From a virus: a stretch of DNA of 64,000 bases. Of this stretch, positions 39,967 through 50,591 are shown piece after piece. Location of the stretch: IMG/VR virus record IMGVR_UViG_3300023174_000063; one strand, written 5' to 3'. The position numbers were made by a program, and so were the translations under genes. Every line of letters begins with the position of its first letter. The first letter of the stretch is position 1. Under the pieces are notes generated by a model that had not been told where the DNA came from, did not search any database, and worked only from the letters and a program-made list of their open reading frames with translations.

Positions 39967-42900
39967 ATGCCGTCGAATAATTCTGCAAACAATAACCCTT
40001 CTTCACAATCGAGCATCCGACGCGCGTGGGGGCTTAATCTCCGCAATTTTAGAGAAGTAGATTTGCTTAACAGACGCGATAGAGACGTGTGGTATGAAGC
40101 ATTTGATATCAATCGTGACGGCCGCATAGACAGATCAGACGATCTAAACGCTGACGGTATTATAAACAACGATGACTATCAAAGACAGCAGATTCGCTCA
40201 ACGGCAAGAATAGAACGAGAAGCGGCCGAAGCCAAAGCAGAACTTGAAGCTTTAATAGAGGCTGAAGAACAACGAAGAAGAGAAGAAGAACAACGAAGAA
40301 GAGAAGAAGTTGGAGCGAATAGCATTCGAAGAACGACTGCCATGCTAGAAGATACAAACACTAGTGTCGAAGAAAGCATTTTAAATGTTACAGAAGCAAT
40401 TGGTGCAGCTACGACAATTCAGTCTGATGCAGCTAGCCAATTTAAATTTGCAGACAATGAGGCAGTCACGTCGGACGAGGGCCGTCTCGTGATCGATTCT
40501 GGATTTGACATAGTTAGAGCACTAAATGAATCTTCAATGTCATTTTTGCGTCCCGAAATTATCGCTAAGATTTCATTGCTGCCTTTTGTGTCAAATGTCA
40601 ATAGCAATCTTTTAGACTTACATGATTTAAAAATATTTGAAAGGTATATCGCTCTAGAGTCTTTAGACAAGGATTGGCAGCAGGTTTCATCTCTTATGCA
40701 ACCTGACATTAAACAATCAATTTTAGTATCAAAATCTGCTGCTAACGCAAATATGATCAGCGATATCGAGTTTTATTCCAATTTAAACGATATGATGAAT
40801 ACAATTGTTAAATTACTCGACATTAAAAATCAGTCTAGACAAACAACAGAGCATGCGAAACTATTTTTACAAAATTTTGTTGAAAATCGAGAGCAGAGTC
40901 TTTTTCCAAACCCAGACAGCCTTGAAGAGTTCTTAGAGTTCTCATGTGGGCTAATTAGTTCGAATTATTTTTCCAACACTAAGCTCGTGCATTCATTAAT
41001 TAGAGAATTTGCAAATTCAATTATTCGACATCATCCAAAACTTTTAAGCAATTCGACTCGCATGGACAGATACTCTGTTAAATTTAACAGCTACATGCCC
41101 GAGGGTGCCTACACACATGACCTCAGTATTAAAGCACTAGGTACTAGAGATATTACAAGCACAGTCTATGCAGACGGAAGTATTTCTGCAAATATTTTAA
41201 ATAGGCGATGCCTTGATGCAACTTATACTAACGCTCTACCTGGCATTACGCAATTAGACAGATCAAGAGACCGTCTAAAAATACTCGCATGCTTGCTGCA
41301 TAACGAGCTATCAGTGTCCGCAGGAATTGGAAAATTAATTGGAACTGTCATTGGCAATAAATTTAATATTGCTGGAAATGACCCTATTGAGACAGTGCTT
41401 GGAGGCTTTTTTAAAAATGAAGGCAATGTTCTATTAGGCACTGGATCTCCAATGAGTTACGCAGACTTTCTTGTTCTAAATGAGAGCAGTGAGAGTCTCG
41501 GTTCTGAAAGCGTAAAAATTCTACCCTTTGAAGTTTCAGCAATAGTGTCAAATGGTAAGAATTACTTGCCAGGATCAAAATACTTCGTTCATCTTCCTGT
41601 CCAAAAAGGTTTGCCAGCAACACCCTTAGCACAGTTTGCCAAAAAGTTTGAAGATCTTAATGTTGATGCGCAAGATGCACTTAGAAAACTTTTAAGTTTT
41701 GACAGTGAGTGTAAATTTACGCCCGCTGATATTGTCATTCGTTGTCTTAAAGATGTTAGAAAATCTTTAGATGTCTTGCTGGATGATTCTTCTTCGCTTA
41801 ACAAATCCCTTACGGCTGCTTTCCTGTCAAAATTAAGGTGGAATAGTCGTCGATCAAATACATCAATTGTAAATACCCAGGGCACACCGGGTGTTAGCGC
41901 GCTCGATTTGCTTTTTATTTCTTGCGCCAATAAACGTGACGTATCAGATAAGAATGCATCGCATGTTCCTAATTTTTCTTTTCCTGTTTTTGCCGCAGGC
42001 TCTAGAATTGATGATTTTGTCATTGAGTCAAAAATTAGTTCTCAAGAAGGCTTGACGGGAAACTATATTGAACGACTCAATTCGATTCTCTTTGAATTAG
42101 GGCAGGGTGATGTTGCCTCAATTTTTCCTTCTCCGCAAGACGATTTTGAAAAAGCAAATTTTTTTGGTTATGAAAAAACAATTCTTGATGATATTATTGC
42201 TAACCTTCGATCGATCCAGCAAGAAGCATTTAATGCTGGAAACTATCTAGATAATGATAAATTTACTAGATACAATCGCTGGGACGATAATACTCTCTTG
42301 GCGTGCATGTTTGAAATTACACGCTGCTTAATGAAGGAATTAATTAGAATTGATGATTTGAGTGTTCGTTTTGACGGAAGAGATGGTAGTAAATACCGCG
42401 TCCAGATTACTGATGTTAACAAGGTGGACTTGATCAAGCTTAGAGACTTTTTAGACATTGTTATTACGACATTTGAGTCGGGAATTGATCTTAATAGCAT
42501 TTTTGCAAATCAATTAAGCTCTCCTGTCGCTGGTGTTTTTTCTTCGACACGATTTAAAGAGGGCGGACTTTCTGCGGGAGATTTAATTGATATTATTAAT
42601 TCTCTCATAGATCACAGAAAGTTTTTTAAGATGTGTCTAGGCTATCTAGACGGCTTTGCGCAAAATATTATTGAAGCAAACGTCAAAATGACAGAGTTTT
42701 TTCAGAGAAAAAATTCAAATGAGAGCACTTTCGCGGAAAGATTTCAAAGACTATACCAAGATGAAAATGGTAGAATGTCAATTGAAATGATAACAAAAGA
42801 GCAGAATTCACTTAGAACTGCTTACTCTCTCGCTAGTCAACCTATGCAAAGGCCTTCTAAAATTAAAAAAAGTACCATTAACACAAAAATGGAAGATGAT

Positions 42901-43887
42901 ATTCAAGAATTTTTCATTAAAAATATTTCAAATTTAGTTGAAAATGATGACTTGGCGATCATCTTTGGACTTCCCGCTGGTTTGCTTAATGGTCTTAGGC
43001 AGAAAAAGTTTGTAGAGGAAGCGACACGAGACAATGCCGTTCCTCGACTCACTGCAGATTCGCAGCAAGACACCAAGATTTTTAGCTTAGATATTTGTAA
43101 AATTAATGAACTCTACCCCGAGCGAGGTATTGCTGAGACTTCTGTCAAATTTGACTCAGAACTCTTCATACTCCCGGGTGATCTTTCTTTCAATACGAAT
43201 GCTTTGACAGGAGATATCATTGAGTCTCTCATGAGTGTTATTGAAGGGACAACTTTTACTAGAATTGTTAATGGAAAAATAGAAGAAAGACTAAAAGGCT
43301 ATGAAATGGTTGCTGCAGCTGCCAACGAAGACGATCTTTTGTTGACACTTCAAAATCATGTTATTGATAGAATTTATAAGAATTTTATTAACTCTACATT
43401 GGGCATATGCATTGAAGATCATTTGTGGTTCGCAAATAATGCGCTTAGTGAAATCTTGATTGACGATGTGACATTTGATAATCTGCAAAAATTGCTGCTT
43501 GACAGCTCAATTTCTTCAACATTAAAATTAAGTGTCGATTCTTTGGTGGCAATGTTTGAAAATGCTGGAGTTAATTCTCCTGCTGGAATTAGACGTCTAA
43601 AGTCACCCCAGCTTCTAAATGAAATCATTAAAAGAAATCAACTCAGTAAAAAAGATGTTGAGACACTAGTTAAAATTCTGAGCAACACAGACCTTAGTTC
43701 GCAAGTAGAGGTACAAAAAATTATTTCTCCTAGACTTTTTGATCGTATATTCGCAGTTTTATTTACAAAAAATCCTATTTTGCAAAATAGAGTTAACTTT
43801 TTAAGATCTTTTCCAGAAGATGAAAGCTATGCGACAGAAATATATTCAATGTCTGGATATGCGTACCGCATTACTAATATTTCCTAG
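39967..43887 (+). CDS. Large helical hypothetical protein with N-terminal EF-hand-like loops
   Basis: DINRDGRID and DLNADGIINNDD followed by an E/R-rich helix. Confidence 0.6.
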   Translation: MPSNNSANNNPSSQSSIRRAWGLNLRNFREVDLLNRRDRDVWYEAFDINRDGRIDRSDDLNADGIINNDDYQRQQIRSTARIEREAAEAKAELEALIEAEEQRRREEEQRRREEVGANSIRRTTAMLEDTNTSVEESILNVTEAIGAATTIQSDAASQFKFADNEAVTSDEGRLVIDSGFDIVRALNESSMSFLRPEIIAKISLLPFVSNVNSNLLDLHDLKIFERYIALESLDKDWQQVSSLMQPDIKQSILVSKSAANANMISDIEFYSNLNDMMNTIVKLLDIKNQSRQTTEHAKLFLQNFVENREQSLFPNPDSLEEFLEFSCGLISSNYFSNTKLVHSLIREFANSIIRHHPKLLSNSTRMDRYSVKFNSYMPEGAYTHDLSIKALGTRDITSTVYADGSISANILNRRCLDATYTNALPGITQLDRSRDRLKILACLLHNELSVSAGIGKLIGTVIGNKFNIAGNDPIETVLGGFFKNEGNVLLGTGSPMSYADFLVLNESSESLGSESVKILPFEVSAIVSNGKNYLPGSKYFVHLPVQKGLPATPLAQFAKKFEDLNVDAQDALRKLLSFDSECKFTPADIVIRCLKDVRKSLDVLLDDSSSLNKSLTAAFLSKLRWNSRRSNTSIVNTQGTPGVSALDLLFISCANKRDVSDKNASHVPNFSFPVFAAGSRIDDFVIESKISSQEGLTGNYIERLNSILFELGQGDVASIFPSPQDDFEKANFFGYEKTILDDIIANLRSIQQEAFNAGNYLDNDKFTRYNRWDDNTLLACMFEITRCLMKELIRIDDLSVRFDGRDGSKYRVQITDVNKVDLIKLRDFLDIVITTFESGIDLNSIFANQLSSPVAGVFSSTRFKEGGLSAGDLIDIINSLIDHRKFFKMCLGYLDGFAQNIIEANVKMTEFFQRKNSNESTFAERFQRLYQDENGRMSIEMITKEQNSLRTAYSLASQPMQRPSKIKKSTINTKMEDDIQEFFIKNISNLVENDDLAIIFGLPAGLLNGLRQKKFVEEATRDNAVPRLTADSQQDTKIFSLDICKINELYPERGIAETSVKFDSELFILPGDLSFNTNALTGDIIESLMSVIEGTTFTRIVNGKIEERLKGYEMVAAAANEDDLLLTLQNHVIDRIYKNFINSTLGICIEDHLWFANNALSEILIDDVTFDNLQKLLLDSSISSTLKLSVDSLVAMFENAGVNSPAGIRRLKSPQLLNEIIKRNQLSKKDVETLVKILSNTDLSSQVEVQKIISPRLFDRIFAVLFTKNPILQNRVNFLRSFPEDESYATEIYSMSGYAYRITNIS

Positions 43888-43902
43888 GCAGCTAGAGGGT
43901 AC

Positions 43903-45780
43903 ATGACTACTACATACATGTCTCGAGAGTTAATTTCGCTGGCAGTGCCAGATGTCACTAGTTTTACGGCAGAGTTTGTCTATAATTTTTTTGTTGTTGA
44001 CGAAGCAATATCTGAGAAAGAATCATTGCAAATTGATGCAATCAAGAAGTCTTTTCCAGAGTCTAGCCGTAGAAAGGATGCATCATTGACTAGGATTCTA
44101 TCTAGTCTGCCTAGATATGTTGATATTTCATTGAGAAAAGTAACTGGAGCCGACAGCACGTGGGCGTCGAGCTTCTTGGAAGAGCAACTAAAAATTTCAA
44201 ATTTTGACAATCTCTCCTTGGGTCAAACTGAAGATAATATTATGACAAGGGGCTGGTCAAAATTTACTTTTGAAGACGCAACAATATCAAATCGTCTGCA
44301 AACAATCGTAATGAGAGAAATTCAAAAATTATTTCCAGATACTAATATTAATACTGCGCAGATGTCACAAACAGACTTGGCAAAAGCAATTAATGATGCA
44401 ACATCTGGAAGAGTTGATGGCAACATTGCGCACAAATTAGTAAGTGATCTTTCTAGCGATGGTGTAACATTTTATGATCGACAAAATAGAGAAATAAAAA
44501 ATGAAATTTATGCCAATGCCGCCTCAGTTAAATTTGATGTCAACATCAACAGCCGGCTTATCGGTGACGCCTATAAATTAATGTCAAACAACATCTTTGC
44601 ACCGAGCGTTCTAAGTGGCGCGACTGAAACAGATGTGATTGTTTTTCAAGAGAAATTTAGAATGAATAGTAATTCTGCGATATCTCCTGACGATTATGTT
44701 CCTGACATTGTGTTTGTCAATCGAGAATTGATTAAAAAAACTCCTGCACAAAAAAATCAAGATATTTCTCCGAGGTACGGCACGTGCGGCTATGTTATTG
44801 ACAAATATGAAATCGATGCTCAGGGTAGAAGAGTTTTCGTAGAAAAGCTCTTTTTAAGCGGACATACAAATACAAATTTTATTGATGCAAAAGTTGCCTA
44901 TGGGAAAACTTACTCTTACGAAGCAAGAACTCTCAATTTAATTGAAATGGTTGTCGACGCAGATGTTTTTGAGACTAAACTTCGACGCGACAGAGTCAAC
45001 GAAGACTCGACATATCTAGTAAAGTTTTTTGTGTGTTCACGCCCTTCAAAGCAAATAATTGTCAAATGTGTCGACAATGTCGCGCCACCGCCTCCTGATT
45101 TAATTAATTATTTTTTTGACTATGAAAAAAATAACTTGCTCATTACATGGAAATTTCCTCATACGCCGCAGCGAGACATCAAAAAATTTCAAATTTTTAA
45201 ACGCTCAAGCATTGATGAACCTTTTACACTGATTGCGCAATATGATTTTAATGATGCAGTTGTTAAAATGCCTATGATAGAAGTCATCGATCCCAATTTA
45301 AATTTTATTGTCGAAAATGCAAAAAAATCACATGTTGATTATGACTTTGATAAAAGTGGCAGTGCAATCTACGCCATCGTTTCGGTTGATGCACATAATT
45401 TAACGTCTAATTACAGCTATCAAACACACGTCTCCTTTGATAGATCGAAAAACGTCATCGAAACAAAAAGTGTTTCGCCCTCGGGTGCACCAAAGCAATA
45501 CCCGAATTTCTTAATTAGCGCAACGCTGGCACAGAATACCGAAACAATTAGGTATACAGAAGATGTCATGAAAGACAGCGGGCATTCTAGAATGAGGATA
45601 TATTTTGATCCGGAGGCACTGTCTATTGAAGGACATGAATTTCTCGCAAGATCTCCTGACAGCTTTAATAGACAGATAAATAGAGCTGGTGTCTATAAAT
45701 TTCAAGTTTTAAATATTGACAGACAAAAAATGAAAATTATTGAGGTCAATATTAATGATAAGCGTGTTGAAACAAATTGA
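43903..45780 (+). CDS. Hypothetical virion protein with FN3-like domains
   Basis: FIDAKVAYGKTYSYEAR and DNVAPPPP...LITWKFP...KKFQIFKR...YAIVSVDAHNLTSNYS. Confidence 0.55.
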   Translation: MTTTYMSRELISLAVPDVTSFTAEFVYNFFVVDEAISEKESLQIDAIKKSFPESSRRKDASLTRILSSLPRYVDISLRKVTGADSTWASSFLEEQLKISNFDNLSLGQTEDNIMTRGWSKFTFEDATISNRLQTIVMREIQKLFPDTNINTAQMSQTDLAKAINDATSGRVDGNIAHKLVSDLSSDGVTFYDRQNREIKNEIYANAASVKFDVNINSRLIGDAYKLMSNNIFAPSVLSGATETDVIVFQEKFRMNSNSAISPDDYVPDIVFVNRELIKKTPAQKNQDISPRYGTCGYVIDKYEIDAQGRRVFVEKLFLSGHTNTNFIDAKVAYGKTYSYEARTLNLIEMVVDADVFETKLRRDRVNEDSTYLVKFFVCSRPSKQIIVKCVDNVAPPPPDLINYFFDYEKNNLLITWKFPHTPQRDIKKFQIFKRSSIDEPFTLIAQYDFNDAVVKMPMIEVIDPNLNFIVENAKKSHVDYDFDKSGSAIYAIVSVDAHNLTSNYSYQTHVSFDRSKNVIETKSVSPSGAPKQYPNFLISATLAQNTETIRYTEDVMKDSGHSRMRIYFDPEALSIEGHEFLARSPDSFNRQINRAGVYKFQVLNIDRQKMKIIEVNINDKRVETN

Positions 45781-45810
45781 TTGTATTTTACCAGCATGCT
45801 CTAGATACAT

Positions 45811-45817
45811 ATACTTA
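45811..45817 (+). promoter_or_regulatory. Candidate late promoter ATAnTTA
   Basis: ATACTTA followed by GAGGTG SD and ATG 45835. Confidence 0.45.
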
Positions 45818-45834
45818 CATGTGCGAGGTGAAAA

Positions 45835-46539
45835 ATGGGCTTTTTAGATCATTCGACAAACAACATTATTGTTGATGCAGTATTAACAGATAGAGGGCGA
45901 GAGCTTCTAGCCGCTCAAAACAGCAGCAGTGTTAGGTTTAATATCACGAAATTCTCACTTTCAGATGATGAAGTTGATTATACTATCATTAAAAAGTATG
46001 GTAGAACTGTTGGCAAAGAAAAAATAATAAAAAATACACCTATTTTTGAAGCACAGACAAAAGCCTATCTTGCACAAAAATATCGTCTAATTTCTCTTAG
46101 TGACGCGGTTCTAACAACACTTCCTACAATCACGGTCTCACCTGCTGCATTGACATTTAACAGACAGATTGTAGCACAACAAAGACAGACTGTTAGAGTT
46201 GACACCTTGATGTCAAACGCTGTTATACCTGCAGAACTTGCAGATGAAAATTATTTTGTTACAATACCGAGCAAACTTTTGTCAATTACGCCGAGCAAGA
46301 AAGAAATTGATATCGATGAATCAACTTCCTTGCTTAATGCTACGTACTTGGTAGAAGGTAATATCAAATCTGGCAATGCTACGGAGGCACAGTTTACACT
46401 GCAGGTAAATTCAACAATTGACGATACACTACTTTCTGTTTATGGTGATGGAAGCGGAAATATCAGTGCACTTATTTCAATTGTCGGTGCAAATTCAGGA
46501 TCACGTCAAGATTTGACTTTTACTATCACCAGTCTATAA
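45835..46539 (+). CDS. Virion/tail structural protein
   Basis: DAVLTDRGRELLA...ITKFSLSDDEVDY resembles the start of tail-collar fibre domains. Confidence 0.55.
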   Translation: MGFLDHSTNNIIVDAVLTDRGRELLAAQNSSSVRFNITKFSLSDDEVDYTIIKKYGRTVGKEKIIKNTPIFEAQTKAYLAQKYRLISLSDAVLTTLPTITVSPAALTFNRQIVAQQRQTVRVDTLMSNAVIPAELADENYFVTIPSKLLSITPSKKEIDIDESTSLLNATYLVEGNIKSGNATEAQFTLQVNSTIDDTLLSVYGDGSGNISALISIVGANSGSRQDLTFTITSL

Positions 46540-46565
46540 AATATAAGATTTAACAGGAGATAATA

Positions 46566-47831
46566 ATGACCCCGGGAAGTTTTAAAATACTTGGTTCATC
46601 TGATAAAAAGTCAACAAGGTCTGCACTTAATCAGCTAGTCGATGTCGTTCAAGAGGATATTTCAGGTTCATTTACGCGCAGGACGTACCAAGTGTTTGTT
46701 ACAGGCGGCGTTGGTCCCGGTGTCACTTCTTCGTTATTCCAGACTGTATACGACCAAGATTACACGCTGCAAACTGCAAATCCTGTTTTTGATATGACAG
46801 TAGGTCTATACTCTGGAAGTGATGTGGTCATGACTGTCAACGGCGGAGATCCTCCAGCAATTGACACTGCTGGAAAAATGCTTTTTCCATCTACGTCACT
46901 TATGATGCGTGAAAAAATTGATATCTATAAGCAGTTTGCAAAAAACTGCCTGGGCGATTCTAACGCGACATTTACATCTCCTTTTGGCGGAGCTGAGGCT
47001 GCCGATCGCATCGATGAGGCACTTTTTATTTCTTTCAAGCGACTTTTTGCCAGAGATCATATCAAGAAAGAAACAGTTGCGCTTAGATTTGCAAGAGAAG
47101 CAGTCGATACAATGAATGACGATCCGGATCCGGGCGTTCACACGTCAAACCTAGATGTGACAAGTGAAGATACTCCCAAGATCTATACAGATATTGGCGC
47201 ATCAACTTCAACAAGAAGAACTTTTGGCGGAGATGTTGCAAACATAGTAGATGCATCAGATACTACGTCAAAAGTGGGTTTGATCTTTTACGAGCAGGGA
47301 ACAATAGTACTAGATCTCAAGAAGATCATTAACGGCAATCAGCATTGCTCGGGTGTCATTGATGCAATGAACGCTGGCTCTCCTGATTCTGGTGCAGGTC
47401 TTCCAGTTGGGACAATGGTGATGGGAAGAGACGATGTTGATCTCGCAAATCCTGATGCTACATTTATACCAGACCTACTTGTTTCAGCATCTATTGATGA
47501 CATTGTTGACCATATTGCCTCGTGCAGGTTCAGTTCAGGTTCACTGACAGCGATGACATTTCAGAATTCTACGTTAATTCAGTCATCAATTTATTTCTGT
47601 CGGGCATCGGCAGATGAGTTTAACTATTCGACTAATCCTACGTACGTAACAGACGGCAGGATTAATGTTATTGATACAGGTGAAGAAGCTACTCAAAGAT
47701 CTTTTACATTCCCAACTACAATTGGTCTGCACAATGATGACGGTGAATTGCTAGCTGTCGCAAAGCTTTCACGTCCAATTGAAAAGAATGATGAGAGAGA
47801 CGTTACGTTTAGAGTAAGACTAGACTTCTAA
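46566..47831 (+). CDS. Virion/tail structural protein
   Basis: C-terminal FNYSTNPTY...TTIGLHNDDGELLAVAKLSRPIEK...FRVRLDF; GGAG SD. Confidence 0.6.
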   Translation: MTPGSFKILGSSDKKSTRSALNQLVDVVQEDISGSFTRRTYQVFVTGGVGPGVTSSLFQTVYDQDYTLQTANPVFDMTVGLYSGSDVVMTVNGGDPPAIDTAGKMLFPSTSLMMREKIDIYKQFAKNCLGDSNATFTSPFGGAEAADRIDEALFISFKRLFARDHIKKETVALRFAREAVDTMNDDPDPGVHTSNLDVTSEDTPKIYTDIGASTSTRRTFGGDVANIVDASDTTSKVGLIFYEQGTIVLDLKKIINGNQHCSGVIDAMNAGSPDSGAGLPVGTMVMGRDDVDLANPDATFIPDLLVSASIDDIVDHIASCRFSSGSLTAMTFQNSTLIQSSIYFCRASADEFNYSTNPTYVTDGRINVIDTGEEATQRSFTFPTTIGLHNDDGELLAVAKLSRPIEKNDERDVTFRVRLDF

Positions 47832-47845
47832 AAAACGGAGAGTCT

Positions 47846-50590
47846 ATGTCGATTAATCCGCTATCTCAAGAAAATTTTGAAAACTATACTATTAAAACTC
47901 ACACACATAGAGTTTTTAGTTCGTCTTCAACTGGACAGACAGGAGATTTGCGTGTTTTTTCTCGTGCTAGTGACATAGAGAAAGATACTGTCCCGGCAGG
48001 AGACAACATGCAATCTCCTGCTGTCAACGAAGAGACAATTGAGAAAAAATTGCACGATATAGTCGCAAACATTGCCGATTCAACTGATATTTTTTCTCAA
48101 ATTGAAAGCTATATGATCGCTGTTAATGGAACAGAAGTTTCAAAAACAAGGCAAAAAAGTGTCGGAATCTTAAGGTTTGAACCCAGTGTCAGGTTTACAA
48201 AAGATACAGGCCGTAAAAATACGGTAAGACAATGTCTATTTCCTTTTTATTCCGGAAAATACAGAAGCTGCGAATGGTCATATCCAAATTATCATACAAT
48301 TAACTTCTTTACAAGCTCTGACGTGCCAACGTCATCAGTTTTAATTTACCCGGCTGCATCAGGAACTGCGAGACCTGTTGCAATTACAGAAGGCAATCCC
48401 GAAGGATTTCCTTACTCACCTCATGATTCTTTTTCTTTTGAATTCTGGATTAATCCTAGATATACAGCAGATAATGCTGAGAGTGCATACACTGCTGGGA
48501 CTATTCTGCATCTGTCGTCTAGCTATGCAATTTCTTTAGTAACAGGCTCAAGTAGAGACGAAGATGAAATCCCTACGGGATTTAGAATAATGCTCCAACT
48601 AAGTGAGAGTGCTAATATTCCTCCTTCAAGCGTAGATCTAAACTCTCCACCTGAACTAGTTTTTGTTTCGTCTGACAATAGTCTGACTTATAACAATTGG
48701 CATCACGTTGCTATTAGATGGGGAGGTCTCCAGGTCAATGCCGGCACAGGCTCATTTGTTATTGATGGAAAAATAAACGAAGAGTTCTGTTTGCCTTATG
48801 CGTCTGTGATGCCGATGTCTTTTGACCCACCAATATCGGATCCGGATGGCTTGTTTGTTGGCAATTTTTTTGAGCAAATTACACCAGCGGCAGTAGTTTC
48901 AAGATTTTTTAATGTAAATGCTGCTTATAACGATGGAATTATTAGCTTTTTTCCTATTTTTGCTGAAACAAGGTCGATAGAAGTTTCTGATAGCAGTATT
49001 GTTAAGTTGACTGTGGTCAACGAAGCAGGCCCGGGAATTAATCTTGTAGTTGATTTGGATTTTAAGCATGTACCAGGAAATCCTGCAGCAGGAATTCCTA
49101 CTGCAGGAACTGTTTTTAGTTTTACTGATTACGCTTCGAACACAGTAACAATTACATTTGTTGAAGGCGTGGCAGAAGACAACCAAATCAGTATTGATTC
49201 ACTAGCGAGCACTGAAGATGCTATTGAGGCCCTCAAAAATGCAATTAATACTTTGATTGATGAGTTTTTTTCTGCATCAAGTTCTGGAAAAATTTTGACA
49301 GTGACAGGTTTGTCATATGCTTTTAGTGACGACGACGCAGCGTTCTCAGACCCGCCGACAGACTCATATTATCTTAGGCATCCTTTAAATGCAGAAATAC
49401 ATGAGATAAAAATTTACAACACGTACAGAAGTGTTGATAGCATTATTAGCGGATCAAAAACTAGTGTAACCGAAATAACTGATGACTTGCTTTTTTATCT
49501 GCCGCCCTTTTTTACCAAAACAACTGCAAAGCGCAATGTGTTGCAAACGCCATTTCAGTCTGCAAGAACGTCGACAAACGATCCTTTCAATGTTGCGCTT
49601 TCTTTTGGAATTGGCGGGCGAGAAATAAATCTTCCAAATTTTCTTAAAGAATTTGTGCAGGAAACACACCCGCGTCTACTTTATCTGACCGCTTCAGAAA
49701 TAGCATACGGTGTCAATGAAGGCAAGACTGCAAATGATTTGCTCTACGAGTCTCCAAACTTAAGAAAAGCAAATTTGACTATTTTACCAAACGACAATGG
49801 CCTTTTTTACCCCAACTATACGCTTCTTTCATTAGATCCAGAAAATTCTGATCGTTTTGTCAATCGATTTGGCGAAATTGAATATTCAAAAATAAGACTA
49901 GATGACATGGTTAGTTTAGAAAGTATTGCCAAAGGCACACCTTCCGATGACGATGCCGGCGGCTTTCTTCTAGGTGAAATTGCTACTCCAGAAGACCCAG
50001 GTTTGGCTCCCGGAAATATTTTGACTATTCTCAATAGAACCAGGGACACGTCTTCTAATGAAGTTGTATTTTTTGATGCGTCAAATCTCTATTATGGAAA
50101 TCAAATTAAAGTTAACTCTTTAACAATTTGTGATCCCTCTCTGACAGGCTCTGGTGGAAAAGTTTCAATTTGCTTAAAAGACAACGGCATTGGTGGCCTT
50201 TATAGGGCAGACTGCCTAACGAAGCAAGCAAACTGGAATGAAGTTGGAGCAATTCTCTATGAAGAAGGATTGCTCACCATTAAGTCACCTAATCTTCCCA
50301 TGTTCGGAAAAGACAGATGGGATATAGAATTCGATGGCGAACACAATGTCTATGTAATGGAAGTGAATATTCCCTGCGCAAAAGGACAGTTTAATTCATC
50401 ATCAAATCCTAACTGGCAAGCTTTGTACGCTAGCGACGATGCAAATCTCGTAGAAGATAAATTCTGCTACATAACAGGACTGAATCTACATGATGAAAAC
50501 TTTAATGTCATCGCGCGCATGAATCTGGCGCAGCCAGTTGTTAAAAAAGAGTCTGATAAATATTTGTTCAGAGTCAAGATAGACTTTTAA
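47846..50590 (+). CDS. Tail structural protein with LamG domain, C-terminally paralogous to 46566
   Basis: FSFEFWINP...WHHVAIRW...EIHEIKIYN; C-terminal FNSSSNPNW...ITGLNLHDENFNVIARMNLAQPVVK...FRVKIDF. Confidence 0.6.
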   Translation: MSINPLSQENFENYTIKTHTHRVFSSSSTGQTGDLRVFSRASDIEKDTVPAGDNMQSPAVNEETIEKKLHDIVANIADSTDIFSQIESYMIAVNGTEVSKTRQKSVGILRFEPSVRFTKDTGRKNTVRQCLFPFYSGKYRSCEWSYPNYHTINFFTSSDVPTSSVLIYPAASGTARPVAITEGNPEGFPYSPHDSFSFEFWINPRYTADNAESAYTAGTILHLSSSYAISLVTGSSRDEDEIPTGFRIMLQLSESANIPPSSVDLNSPPELVFVSSDNSLTYNNWHHVAIRWGGLQVNAGTGSFVIDGKINEEFCLPYASVMPMSFDPPISDPDGLFVGNFFEQITPAAVVSRFFNVNAAYNDGIISFFPIFAETRSIEVSDSSIVKLTVVNEAGPGINLVVDLDFKHVPGNPAAGIPTAGTVFSFTDYASNTVTITFVEGVAEDNQISIDSLASTEDAIEALKNAINTLIDEFFSASSSGKILTVTGLSYAFSDDDAAFSDPPTDSYYLRHPLNAEIHEIKIYNTYRSVDSIISGSKTSVTEITDDLLFYLPPFFTKTTAKRNVLQTPFQSARTSTNDPFNVALSFGIGGREINLPNFLKEFVQETHPRLLYLTASEIAYGVNEGKTANDLLYESPNLRKANLTILPNDNGLFYPNYTLLSLDPENSDRFVNRFGEIEYSKIRLDDMVSLESIAKGTPSDDDAGGFLLGEIATPEDPGLAPGNILTILNRTRDTSSNEVVFFDASNLYYGNQIKVNSLTICDPSLTGSGGKVSICLKDNGIGGLYRADCLTKQANWNEVGAILYEEGLLTIKSPNLPMFGKDRWDIEFDGEHNVYVMEVNIPCAKGQFNSSSNPNWQALYASDDANLVEDKFCYITGLNLHDENFNVIARMNLAQPVVKKESDKYLFRVKIDF

Positions 50591-50591
50591 T

